The notes below the pieces were generated by a model, which worked only from the letters and a program-made list of their open reading frames with translations, searched no databases and was not told the DNA's origin. From the human T2T-CHM13v2.0 reference genome, Homo sapiens, in NCBI RefSeq assembly GCF_009914755.1, contig NC_060926.1: a stretch of DNA of 64,000 bases; one strand, written 5' to 3'. Below, piece by piece: positions 42,755 through 58,985 of this stretch. Within the stretch, counting starts at the first letter, position 1. Every line of letters begins with the position of its first letter. Both the position numbers and the translations under genes were made by a program.

Positions 42755-43426
42755 CTTTCATATTAAACAAACAAACAACAAAAACAAAACCATGAAGTCC
42801 AGAATACTACTAATCAGGCATTACATCTTCTCAAAGCATGGCATCTGTCTTCAATGGATTCCTTTTTCCTTGAAGTTTCCCCATACTCCTTCTTCAAGCA
42901 TTCTGAAATGTACAGTCAACAACAAAAAGACCACTCTACAAAATGGATGCTTTGTAGCTTCTGAACCACAGACACCATCAGCAGCTTATAATTTCTAACC
43001 ACTGAAATAACAAGTCTCTATAGTTGTATCAGCATTTAAGTATTATCTTATTTCTCTTTACTTAATTTTGGGAAAAGGTCGACAAATCAGTGTTATCAAA
43101 AGCTCATTACGGTTTTCCTCCCATTAAAATACCCTTAGATTGGTATATGAGATAGGGCTTGAAAAAGGGAAAAAAATAAATAAATAAAATACTTTTCATA
43201 GCCGTTTTCACTTTGAAGAATAGGAAACACAAATATAAATTGCAATAATAACTGCCACAAAAGCCTGTCTCACAACAGGAAGCATAACAAGCTCTAAATT
43301 TAAAATCTTTGCTTTGCTACTCACATCAGTGTAAGACTGTAATTGTATGCTTTAGTGTTACAAAGTTAGATGAGTTAATTTCTCACCATATAAAAGTATG
43401 CTTATAAATTGTTAAGAAAAACACCA

Positions 43427-46478
<3,052 letters not shown>

Positions 46479-46480
46479 AA

Positions 46481-46520
<40 letters not shown>

Positions 46521-47175
46521 CATACATACATACATATATACAAATGAATGCTCTCCTTCATATATACATATATACACACCTTTCATGTGATATTTTAAAA
46601 AACCATCTAGTCACATATTTTTATACTTTCCAAATATGTAAGAAAATAAAGTATTTTATCTTCATCGTATCCTATGTCATAGACAAACATATAATATGAA
46701 AGATTAAGCAACCATTATACAGTTTAAATGAGTTTATTTCCAATCTCCTTCATTCACTACTAATTTTAAGAAAATATATGTGGCTCTAACACACTCATCA
46801 CTTCTCTGCTTTTCCAAGATGAAATAATGGCAAACAAAAAATATATCTAAATGATAAATTATTGAGAGTACTATACTCCAATTTTCATTACACAATAGTC
46901 ACTGTACAAAAACCAGAAAAAGGTCTATATATAAATACATGAATATATAGACATGTACACATACACAAACATGTAAAACATACTACCATTCTGTTTTGTA
47001 ACTTTCCACTCTCACTCTACATTGTGAACGTCTATGTCAAATTATTTTAGACTTTCAGAAAGTTACTAGCTAAATTAACATCAGAATTAACTCTAAAACA
47101 GCACATAGAAAGGAACAAATCAAACTGCCATTCCTGCTGCTGGGCACAGGATGTGTCATGAGGAGCACAACATAC

Positions 47176-47327
47176 CTCGGACCTTTCCTGGGAAGCGGGC
47201 AGATCCTCATGGGATGTCTCCACCACCTGATGCAACTTCTTATGAAGTTCATCCATTTTCTGTTTTAATAGCTGTTCTTCAAAAGCATTTGCTTCTTTCC
47301 TTTTCATATAATGTCTGTCTTCATTTA
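47176..47327 (-). CDS. BUB1: BUB1 exon 9 (152 nt)
   Basis: NEDRHYMKRKEANAFEEQLL...SQERSE; donor GAG|gtatgt. Confidence 0.98.
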
Positions 47328-48207
47328 CTTTAGGAAAGATAGAAATGGTTTGCATGCAAAATTTAAATCCAGGTCATCATAGGAATACATGCAAAATGAG
47401 GAAAGGGTTATATTTTAGGGGGCCGATTTTTTTATTAGTCTTTCTCATATTTGGTTTTAGAAGTGAAACTTGTATTACCTTTTAATTTTTACCTGCCCAC
47501 AGCTTGGCTACTACATGTTTAGGACATGTAAATTACTAAAAAAAAAAAAAAACTACATGCTGATCAAAAATAATAATAATAGCACAGTATAATAGTAAAG
47601 ATTTTTGTAGCCATCATATACATGACTGTTCTTGTAAACAATCATGATTGTGCAAATCATTTTAAAATAAATTTTTATTTGTTTTTATAAGATAAAAATT
47701 TCTAGAGACTTTCTAAGTAGAAGTGAACTGCACTAAATGATCAGGGCTTCAAGCATGCTGTGGTCAGTCCCATTTCCAACAACTGGTTAACAGAGTCATG
47801 CCACAGGCAAGTCAAAGAGTCTGGCTTAAAACTTCTGGTCACAGCATGTGAAAGAAAAACACATCTATGCCCAGCACAAAATGAGTCCTCTGTGTTAACT
47901 GACTTGTCTTCTCTGTTGTCAACCGAGTATGAAAAGTAATGAACAGAAAAGAAAGGCCCAGAATGGCTATAGCCCAAATAACTTAGATAGTATAAAAGTC
48001 CTGAGTGGAATAAAGGTTCAAATAACTGACCTAGAGGTTTAGAATTACTATATACAGATAATACTGAAAAATTTTTAAATATTTATTTCACTAAAGCTAA
48101 GATGACACTGGTATGGATATCTAATTTAGTACTCTTTCAACTATGAGTTTGCTGCCAAGACATCAATTTAGTCCTTGGACTAACTTGGCTGCTACACTAG
48201 TGGTTAA

Positions 48208-48280
48208 GCAATTTCCAATTCAGAAAAAAAAAGTGCAGCTTGCTGCCAGCGCAGTTTTCTCGGGGCAAACGCAAAATGGG
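48208..48280 (-). mobile_element. piggyBac MITE (MER75A-like)
   Basis: TTAA at 48204-48207 and 48281-48284; minus strand cccattttgcgtttgccccgagaaaactgcgctggcagcaagctgcacttttttttt matches recalled MER75A. Confidence 0.8.
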
Positions 48281-48433
48281 TTAATAATGATTTCTGGGCT
48301 TCTGATAGGATGAGATGAAGACTTTCTTGCAGTCTTTCAACATAGTCAATTATTCTTTAAAAAAGTAATTACTCAGAGATGAGGATTTTTTTATGTGACA
48401 TAAGAATAACTAAAAATACAAGATTGCAAGTAC

Positions 48434-48618
48434 CCCATTGCTCATGCTTTCTCCGTTGATTGTATTTCTGGGCTCTCAATTCTTCAAAGGAAAATTCTGA
48501 TTCCCCACGAATAAGCTTCTCCTTGCAATACATAACAACCTGCTCAACATCAACTTTGGATGCCAAAGATGAGTGCACAGAATATTCTGATTTAGAAATC
48601 GTGATCACTCTTCGTTCC
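48434..48618 (-). CDS. BUB1: BUB1 exon 8 (185 nt)
   Basis: ERRVITISK...MYCKEKLIRGESEFSFEELRA (GLEBS/BUB3-binding motif). Confidence 0.98.
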
Positions 48619-48709
48619 CTACAATGGGGGAAAATACATTATTTACAACAATGTACCTAAGAGCACTTAAAGGAAACTAATAATAGATTAATGCACTGAT
48701 TATACTTGC

Positions 48710-48762
48710 ATATTTGACTCTTTATCACAAGCTGAAGATATCACTCCAGAAAGCTCTGAACC
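48710..48762 (-). CDS. BUB1: BUB1 exon 7 (53 nt), GC donor
   Basis: GSELSGVISSACDKESN; donor AT|gcaagt is required to keep frame with exon 8. Confidence 0.95.
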
Positions 48763-50365
48763 CTAAAAAACAGAAAACAAACATGAGCATTCACTTATCT
48801 GAGAAGAAAGCTTCACCCAAATTACTTCACAAAACAATATGAAAATGCTTGAGGGGAAGAGGGACCTTAATCCCAAGTAGATTTATGTAATTTTAAATTA
48901 TGATTAATATCAAAAGATTGTTTGTATCAACAACCTTACAATAACTATTGTAACTTAATCTAATCAAAGAAAGAGGTTTTTTTGGTTGTTGTTTTGTTTT
49001 TAATAAAGTCCTACTCAGCAGTAGAGAAGAACCATAGCTGATTTCCCTTCAATTCATAGTCTAGTAGCTAGAGTATAGTGTCTGAACATTATGGGATTGA
49101 CATTCCCAACTGCTGCTAATTTTTTTTTTAATTAAAATTTTCCTCAGGTACTACTCTGCCCTCAAGAGTTCTCAAATTCCTTCACTAAACAAATATTTGC
49201 CAGACACCTCCATGTCACACTCTGAGCTAGGTCTGGGAAATGTGACTGCAATCAAGACCCATCTCTACTGTCTGGAGCTTAGACAGGACAATAGGTGGTC
49301 AGGAGGGTGGCAAGCATGTGTAGGACGTAAAATGTAAATTGGGACAAGCTGCACTACCTGTCAAAGTCAGGAGCGCATATTCTACTTCTAAGAATGTATT
49401 ACATTAATGAAACCTGTACATACACCCTAAGCACACAGGCGTTTCCATTGGCTTTTGCTTCAAGGAGGTCCTTGATGAACTTTGAAAGAAAGTTGTACTG
49501 TGGAGGGTAACATGGGAAACATAGTTGGGAAACATGAGGCTGAGGGAAGAAGAGAGACTTGAGCATTTTCCCATGTTGATACACCATGGAGGCAGAAGAG
49601 ATCTCCACAGGGCAAAAACCTTGATGAGGATAAGGACAAGCACAGATAGAAGGCCACCTTTTCTCACAGGGAAGGATGCAGTTACATTTATTGGTTGGTG
49701 GCAGAAAACTGATAGATGTCACTTGATGGCATCTGCTATCTGTTGAAATAGTATTTTTGAAGTTCCTGAGAGAGAGGCTAGAGGTAGCGAGGTCCCAAGT
49801 TTGAAGAGACTGAAAAGAAGTCTAAAATCACTATAGTTTGGCGCTAGAGTGAACCTGGAAACATAAGAGATACACAAAACATAAAGAGTGAATCAGACAC
49901 TGGAAGCATGTCCCATTGCCTGGGAGTATGACCCATTGCCTGGGAGTATGAGACCTCCCTGTTACTTGAGGTAACAGGCAGCAATCTTTGAGGCTCTGAG
50001 TTTTGAAAGCCAGGCTCAGAAGCCCCCAGGTGGATCCATTCCCAGTAGGGATTTCCAGAGCCTATGCAGAGGCCAGCAGAACAGAGGAAAGGACATTGGT
50101 AAGGGAAAAGCTGGTGGGGAGAGTAAAGACAGGAGGCCGTGTGGTGAGGGCCTCTGGGTTAGACAACAAATTGTATTTGAGGTGAGCTGTGTGGGAGAAT
50201 AACAGGCCCAGGAAGTTGCCACAGGAGCAGGTGGCTGACATGGAGCTCAGAGCCATGAAGAGAAAGATCAAAGAAATGAGATGTCAAAGTGGATGTAGAA
50301 GGCAGCCAGGCTGGCCATTCAATACCATTCCCAGTTTCCACACAAGCTACAAATGTCATTATTAC

Positions 50366-50466
50366 CTGATTCTTAGAAATGCAGGCCATGTTATTTCCTG
50401 GATTTGATTTTGATGTTATCATTTGATTTAAAACCTGAACATTATGCAGAGGTTCTGAGGTTCTAG
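50366..50466 (-). CDS. BUB1: BUB1 exon 6 (101 nt)
   Basis: RTSEPLHNVQVLNQM...ISKNQ; donor CAG|gtaata. Confidence 0.98.
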
Positions 50467-51027
50467 CTATGAGGGAAAAGAGGATAAAATACGGAGAAAT
50501 TAAGGGTAAAACCGTAAGTAAAATTATCACATAATAAATTCCCCTGATCCTTCCAGTAGGAATCATAAGAAGTAAATCAACTCATTCACACTGTCTCAGA
50601 AATTTCAACTAAAACGTTTTTAAAATAAGTATTATACAATTTTCTGATCAACTCAACATGCCAGGAAGTACCCAAAAGAAATGTAAAACCTAACTAATAA
50701 TTTTAAACAACCAGATAGGATAGGCAATGCTTATTGCTGAAATGTGATACTTAGTTCTAAGAAAAAGAAATGGCTGTATTTCTTTAAAAGTTGCATTAAA
50801 CACATTTGATTCCATTCAAAATAGATGGAGTCCAGATTAAGTATTTTGGTCAATTTTGAATTAAAAAAAAATCCTACAAATACAGTGAAATTATCAATTT
50901 TTTTTTTGCAGGTTTGAGCTTTTAAAATGCTAAGACAAAGCCTCTGCTCTTTGGGGCTATTTAGTGGGCATTATGATGATCAGAATGCTTTCTCTGTTAC
51001 CTGAGAGTGCAATTTGGTTTTCATTAA

Positions 51028-51396
<369 letters not shown>

Positions 51397-51437
51397 TAAA
51401 TGGACAACAACAGGCATTTTAGAAAGCCTGATTTTAC

Positions 51438-51481
51438 CTTGAGCTGGCAAATGGGTTTCAGTGAGGCGTGTCTGAAATAAC
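51438..51481 (-). CDS. BUB1: BUB1 exon 5 (44 nt)
   Basis: LFQTRLTETHLPAQ; donor G|gtaaaa. Confidence 0.97.
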
Positions 51482-52853
51482 CTAAATGACAGCAGAAAAG
51501 GCATCAATGTAGATTATAAACTTACAGTACATAGCTGTTAGAGTGAAAACTAAATACCATAGACAACTTATTATAAGCTAGTAAAGTCTGACGTCAAGAG
51601 AGAATGTACAGTTGCATTTTAGAGTTGCTTCGAAATTAAAAAATAAAATTCTGGAAATATTTTTATATCCAATACATTATCTGTATTACAAAAATTCCTC
51701 CTTTTGCTTAGTTTATGTTAGTATTTCTCAAATTCATATAAAAATGCACCCTCTTCTCCACGTGTCAAGTCTGCAAATGTTCTAACACAGGATGTTTGAC
51801 CTCCTACTTTAGGTTCTTTATACATTTGGAACATAATGAATATATTTGGAAGAAAGAAGTGAAAGTACAAAAGTACTTAGATTACTGCTTCAAAAGGCAG
51901 ACATCATTGTTCATACTCTGTGAGAAGTTCTCAAATATGTCATTTCATGGCATATTTCATTTTCAACTCTACCTGTCGGGTAATGTGCAATTCCCATGCC
52001 TGACATTTCTGAGCGATGCGAGCCAAAGTGCACACTATAAAGCAACCAAGTGGTAACCCTTGTTGGCTCTTAAGTCAAACAAACCAATGGTTAAGAAGCC
52101 ATTTTACGTGATGAGGAAAGACTGAAAATTACATATTAAATAATTATTGTTAGTTTTCTTAGGTATGATTATCGAATAAGGCTCTGTAAGAAATAAGATT
52201 TTAGAGATGTTTACAATAGGGTTTGGGGAAAAATATTTTGCTGTTATGGATCGGCTTTAAAATTTGTCAGCATTGAGAAACACAAAATGTTAATTATTAA
52301 AAGTTGGTGATAGATAAATGGAAGTTTATTATACTAATTTTTTCTTTTTTATGTGTGTTTGAAAAATCTCAATGACGTTTTAAAAAAGCATGAGTACTAC
52401 AGAAAAACTGAAAAGATGAGTATATTAAAGGCTGGCAAGGGGTGCAGTAGATAATAGGTCTCAAATTCTACTAATGAGAGGGGAAGAGTAAACAATTGGT
52501 ATAACCTTCAAGTAGGTAGTTTGGTTACATGCACCACAAGTGTAAAAACTCTTCATATACTCTTTGACTCAATAGTTTCAATTCTGAGAATCTATGAAAA
52601 GAAACTAAGTAAAAATAGGAAATATACTAAAAAATAATTTTATGATGAAGGAAAAAGACCTTGACGCAAAGCTGTATATGTACATAAAGCATGCATGCAA
52701 TCCTGTAACAAGAAGAGAAAAAAGCGCCAAGGAAAATGCCAAAAGGTTTTCTTTCGTTTTCTGTATTTTCACAATTCCCTAAGTGAGATATGTTTAATCA
52801 TAGAAAAAGTTTTAAAAATGTGAACAATGTTATTAAGAAATATATTCATCACA

Positions 52854-53154
<301 letters not shown>

Positions 53155-53573
53155 TTATCATGGTGCTGTTTATAAAAATCAAAATGTAAACAACTTCAAT
53201 GTCCAATTGGAGAGTGGATTATGACACAACACTGTGACAGATTTCACAACTACTATAGAAGTAGTTTAAAAGCTCATAATTTCTTAAGTATTTCTTTGTA
53301 TGTATAACTAGACATACAATATGATTTGCTGTTAAAATATATAAACACAAAGATACCCACACAGGTACAGGAAAAGATACTAGAAGGAAATGTGCCAGTT
53401 ATTGTTAACAGTAATATTTCTGAGCAGTTTTTTTCTTTACACTATCCTGTATTATCCACATTGTCCAAAACTAGAAGGATTTCCCTGTACAAATTGCTAA
53501 TGATACAATTTTTAACAGCAAACATTACTTTTCAAAGTCAGAATCATCACAGAGAGTTTGACTTTGTAACTAC

Positions 53574-53770
53574 CTGTATTGTTGTTGCAGGAACTCTCTG
53601 GGTTCAGCCTGGTTTTGAATTCCTCTCTGAAGGACAGCACTGGCATGCTGCAGCTCTCCTTGGGCTTCCAGATGCCCCGCCCAGGCAATGTACAGAGGGG
53701 ATGACAGGGTTCCAATCCCATGGTTGTACAGAAACTCAAAAAATTGATGGAGGTCACTGTTGTACTCAGC
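53574..53770 (-). CDS. BUB1: BUB1 exon 4 (197 nt)
   Basis: AEYNSDLHQFFEFLYNHGIGT...EPREFLQQQY (TPR domain, GIG motif). Confidence 0.98.
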
Positions 53771-53825
53771 CTACACGAACCCAAAACAAAAAGACATAAG
53801 AATAATGGAACTGCTAGTCTATGTC

Positions 53826-54890
53826 TGGTGAGGAGTTAGCCAGCTAAGCTGGGAGCCCCTAGGTAGCTTCGGATGGGAGCTGGTCATCAGCAAAACCAAG
53901 GCAGGTTTAGAGGGTTGGACTTTTCAGCCCCACTGCTGAACCTCCAGGGAGGGAAGAGGGACTGAAGTTTAAGCCAATCACCAATGGCCAATGATTTAAT
54001 CAATCATGTCTGTGTAAGGCACCTCCATAAAAACCCAAAACGATAGAGCTTAGACAAGCTTCTGGAGAGCTAAATACATGGAGGTTCCTGGAGGGTGTCA
54101 CACCTGGAAAGGGCAAGGAAGCTCCACACACCTTCCCCAATACCTTGCCCTAAACATCTCTTCATCTGGTGTTCATCAGTATTCTTAATAATATCCTTTA
54201 TAATAAAACATTAACCGTAGGTGTTTCCTTGAGTTCTGTGAGCCACTCATGCAAACTGATCGAACTCAGACCCAGGGAGAGGGTTGTGCGAACTCTGCTT
54301 TGTAGCCAGTCAGGCAGAAGCACAGGTAAAACAACCTGTGGCTTGCAACTGGCATTGTAAGTGAGAGGCAGTCTTGTGGAACAGAACCCTTAAGCTGTGG
54401 AATCTGAAGTTATTTTCAGGTAGTGCTGGAATTGAATTGGAGACACAACTACAGAGTTGATTGACTGGTTGCTGGTAGAGAGAAGTCCGCACATACTTTT
54501 TTTTTGGTGGGGGAGCGGGGGGTGGGGACAGAGTCTCACTCTGTCACCCAGGCTGGAGTGCAGTGACATGATCTGATCTCGGCTCATGGCAACCTCCACC
54601 TCCCAGGCTCGAGCAATTCTCCTGCCATAGCCCCCCGAGTAGCTGGGATTACAGGTGCCTGCCACCATGCCCAGTTAATTTTTGTATTTTTAGTAGAGAC
54701 AGGATTTTACCACGTTGGCCAGGCTGGTCTCGAACTCCTGAACTAAAGTGATCGACCTGCCTTGGCCTCCCAAAGTGCTGGGATTACAGGTGTGAGCCAC
54801 TGCGCCCAGCCCCTACATACTTTTTAATCACTAGTGGCACAGAAGTCTGTTGAATCAGAGAATGAACAGATTTTCCTCTCTGTATCTTCA
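53826..54890 (+). mobile_element. ERV LTR (MER21-like), interrupted by reverse Alu at 54495-54811
   Basis: 'ccaatcaccaatggccaatgatttaatcaatcatg', 'ggaggttcctggagggtg', 'gagttctgtgagccactc' typical of recalled MER21. Confidence 0.8.
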
Positions 54891-54998
54891 GAACTAGAAA
54901 CAAGGAATTAAAAGCCTAAAATGATCTTACAATCTAAGTTTAAAAAGCAAAAGTACAACATGATTATAGATTTGATTATACATCTTAAGTATACTTAC

Positions 54999-55137
54999 AA
55001 ATTTTAAACAATAACTGATGAATCTTGGGTCATTGTGGTATTTCTTCTTATCTAAAAATTCCTTCATTAAATGTTCTAGTAAAGTTATCAAGTATTCTTT
55101 ATTCTCAGGAAAATTCTCTTCTACCCACTGTATGTAT
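54999..55137 (-). CDS. BUB1: BUB1 exon 3 (139 nt)
   Basis: YIQWVEENFPENKEYL...YHNDPRFISYCLKF; donor gtaagt. Confidence 0.98.
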
Positions 55138-55218
55138 CTAGAAAAATATGGATAATGTTAATTTTCCATGGGGCAGTGTATAGTTTGTTTAAGGGAAATA
55201 AAATAACTAAATGCTGAC

Positions 55219-55278
55219 CTTTCCCATTCACCAAGAGGGTCATTGCCCTTGTAGCTCTGCATGTGGGCTTCAAGCATC
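55219..55278 (-). CDS. BUB1: BUB1 exon 2 (60 nt)
   Basis: MLEAHMQSYKGNDPLGEWE; donor AG|gtcagc. Confidence 0.98.
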
Positions 55279-55634
55279 CTAGAAGAGAGAAAGGTATGCA
55301 CATGGGATATTAGGGATAATTTCTACAAGCAAAAGATATACTTCATTTTATATATACCATTTATGTGCATTAAAACAAAAATCTTAAATATCAATCATTT
55401 TATATATACACCATTTATATGCATTAAAATGAAAATCTTAAATATCGATCCAAATAGTATTTAAAATTTTAAGAAGCATTCGCTCAGACATAGTCAGAAA
55501 ACTCAGAAGCAGCCAGTGTTTTTCCATAAGTCCCAGCTCTATCCCCAAGAGTCTCCTTCTCCTCTCACGGAACCCCAATGTCACTACCACCATGAGGGGC
55601 AGTTGCCAGAAGTTTGCTCCTCCTCCTAACAAGA

Positions 55635-55845
55635 GGATCCAAGCATGGCACTGACTCAGACTCCTGCCCTTCCAGCAGGATCCAGGCATGGCACTGACTC
55701 AGACCTCTGCCCTTCCAGTGGGATCCAGGCATGGCACTGACTCAGACCTCTGCCCTTCCAGTGGGATCTAGGCATGGCACTGACTGAGACACCTGCCCTT
55801 CCAGTGGGATCCAGGCATGGCACTGACTCAGACACCTGCCTTTGC
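55635..55845. repeat. 43-bp minisatellite, about 5 copies
   Basis: Unit ggatccaggcatggcactgactcagacctctgcccttccagtg starting at 55635, 55678, 55721, 55764, 55807. Confidence 0.97.
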
Positions 55846-56559
55846 TTCCCAGGAGCATGGCTGAGACACGGCTGGAACGAGTCAAAGAGGGATTGTAAAC
55901 GGGTGTGAGGCAGCCCAGAGTACCACAAAGTAGAGTTCCCAGACACAGTTTGTTTTCATTGCTTCAAAGTAACAAAGTCCCTGAGGAAGAGCAGATGATA
56001 ACAGTGCTCAGAAATCAGCCACAGAGCTCCCAGAGAACTCTGCATCCCCCACTTCCATATACTCAACTACAGCTGAAAAAAAGCAGCCAGGCAAAGCAAA
56101 ATTCCCCTTGGGGAGAGCTAGAAGGGCTAAACAAAAAGAAACATGCAAAGTAATGTCAGGTTACATTAAGTACTCAGAAGAACAAACAAAATAACATATA
56201 ATAGGAGAAAGGGTGAGAATGTGATGAGTTACTATTTTTAGATAGGCTGGTCAAGGAAGCCCTGCCTCTCAGAGGCGGTGACATGTGATCAGTGCCAGAC
56301 AGCCACGTAGCTATCTGAGGGGGAAATGGTCAAGGCTGAGAGAACTTCAAGAACAGAAAGCAAGCCAGTGTGGTTCAAGTGTGATGAGCAGGAAAAGGTG
56401 GGGGTGACAAGACCTAATTTGCATTTTAATGTCCCTCTGTGTGAAGGAGGTAGAGGTGAGAATCGAAGTGGGAAACCAGTCAGGAAGACTCCGAGGTTTT
56501 CTATCTGAGACACTATAAGATTTTTTTTTTTTTTGAAAAAACGATGTAAAAAGCAATAT

Positions 56560-57750
<1,191 letters not shown>

Positions 57751-58882
57751 GGACAGTAGTCAGGTACAGGAGTTCTCGGTAAATACTGTTCTAAATCTTC
57801 TTTTAGTCATATAAACGCATTGCTTATTTTTAAAACTAAAAAAAATAATAATTCTGAAGTTTGAATGTCTCTCATGTCTTATAGCAGAGGGACAAATCCC
57901 TATTTCAGAACCTTTCTTCCAAAATATGTCTAGTAGGCTCGCCCAAGGTAAACATTTCATATTCTAACACCAACCACATTTCTCTAGTAAAATGACCTAA
58001 ATGCACTGTAATAGTAAAACATCCAGTTCATTAAAGCACATTAATCTTTAGTAAGTCAAAACAGGACCAGGAATATCTGCTTTACCTTTAAAAAAGGGGC
58101 GGGGGACTTCTGAAAGAAAATAATTTGCTGGCTAGGTTGAAGGTTACAGAAAAAGTCTTAGAGCAAATGGATTTTTGTTTTGACTGCATTTAACAATCTC
58201 GGTCTTCTGATCGCAAAGAACTGATAAAACGGACCAGTTTTACTTCCTGAACCTATGACTTAATTGTTTTAAATGCCTTTAAGTAACAGTCTGGGTAAAT
58301 CATCTAAGTCATAAAACAAAGGCGTGGGAACTTTAAGTAAAAAGTGAGTGATGTTAGCAGGTTGGCACACATCACTCAATAATGAGCAAAGCTATTTTTT
58401 TTCAATTTTTTTTTCTTAAAGTACCCTGTATTCAAAGACTTTTAAAAAATAGCAGTGAGATTATGGATAGGAGAGCAACTTTAAATTCGTTCCCTACTGT
58501 AGTCGAATTGTTAAATACGTGACTTTGAAAACGTATCACAAAATCTAAACACAAGGTTCAGGATTTTTGTTAGGTTGAACTGTCAGGAGGGGATTCCTTA
58601 CAAAGAATAAACGAGAGCTCTGAGGGCCTAACGAATTATCCAGATTGCTCCAAACGGCCACCGCGGCGCAGATGGGCGGACAAGCGCCGGGCCTCAGCGG
58701 AACCCAAGGTGCCGGAGCCCTCCCCGGCTCTCAAGCAGCCCACGGCCTTGCTGGGTGGGACACATTCCAAACCCAGGAAGGGGGCGAAGGGGGCAAAAGA
58801 AGGCAGGTCTGGGGCGGGCCGGGCCCGAACCCCAGGCGCCCCAGCCCCCTGGGCTTCCCCACCCCACCAGACGGACACTTAC

Positions 58883-58908
58883 TGAAGGACATTTTCCGGG
58901 GTGTCCAT
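58883..58908 (-). CDS. BUB1: BUB1 exon 1 (coding part, 26 nt)
   Basis: Kozak GCCATGG; MDTPENVL; donor CA|gtaagt. Confidence 0.98.
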
Positions 58909-58969
58909 GGCCAGAGGACGCTGGCCGGCAGCGGCCAAACCTGAACCGCAAACTAGAAGCCGCCGCCGA

Positions 58970-58985
58970 TTCGAATACCCCGCGC
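58970..58985 (-). promoter_or_regulatory. BUB1: CDE/CHR cell-cycle element
   Basis: Minus strand GCGCGG-ggta-TTCGAA: CDE, 4-nt spacer, variant CHR. Confidence 0.8.

Noticed and set aside
55635-55845. Repeat array considered as CRISPR-like or coding (ORFs 55438-55946)
   Set aside because: Head-to-tail units with no unique spacers in eukaryotic DNA; the ORFs are repeat artefacts
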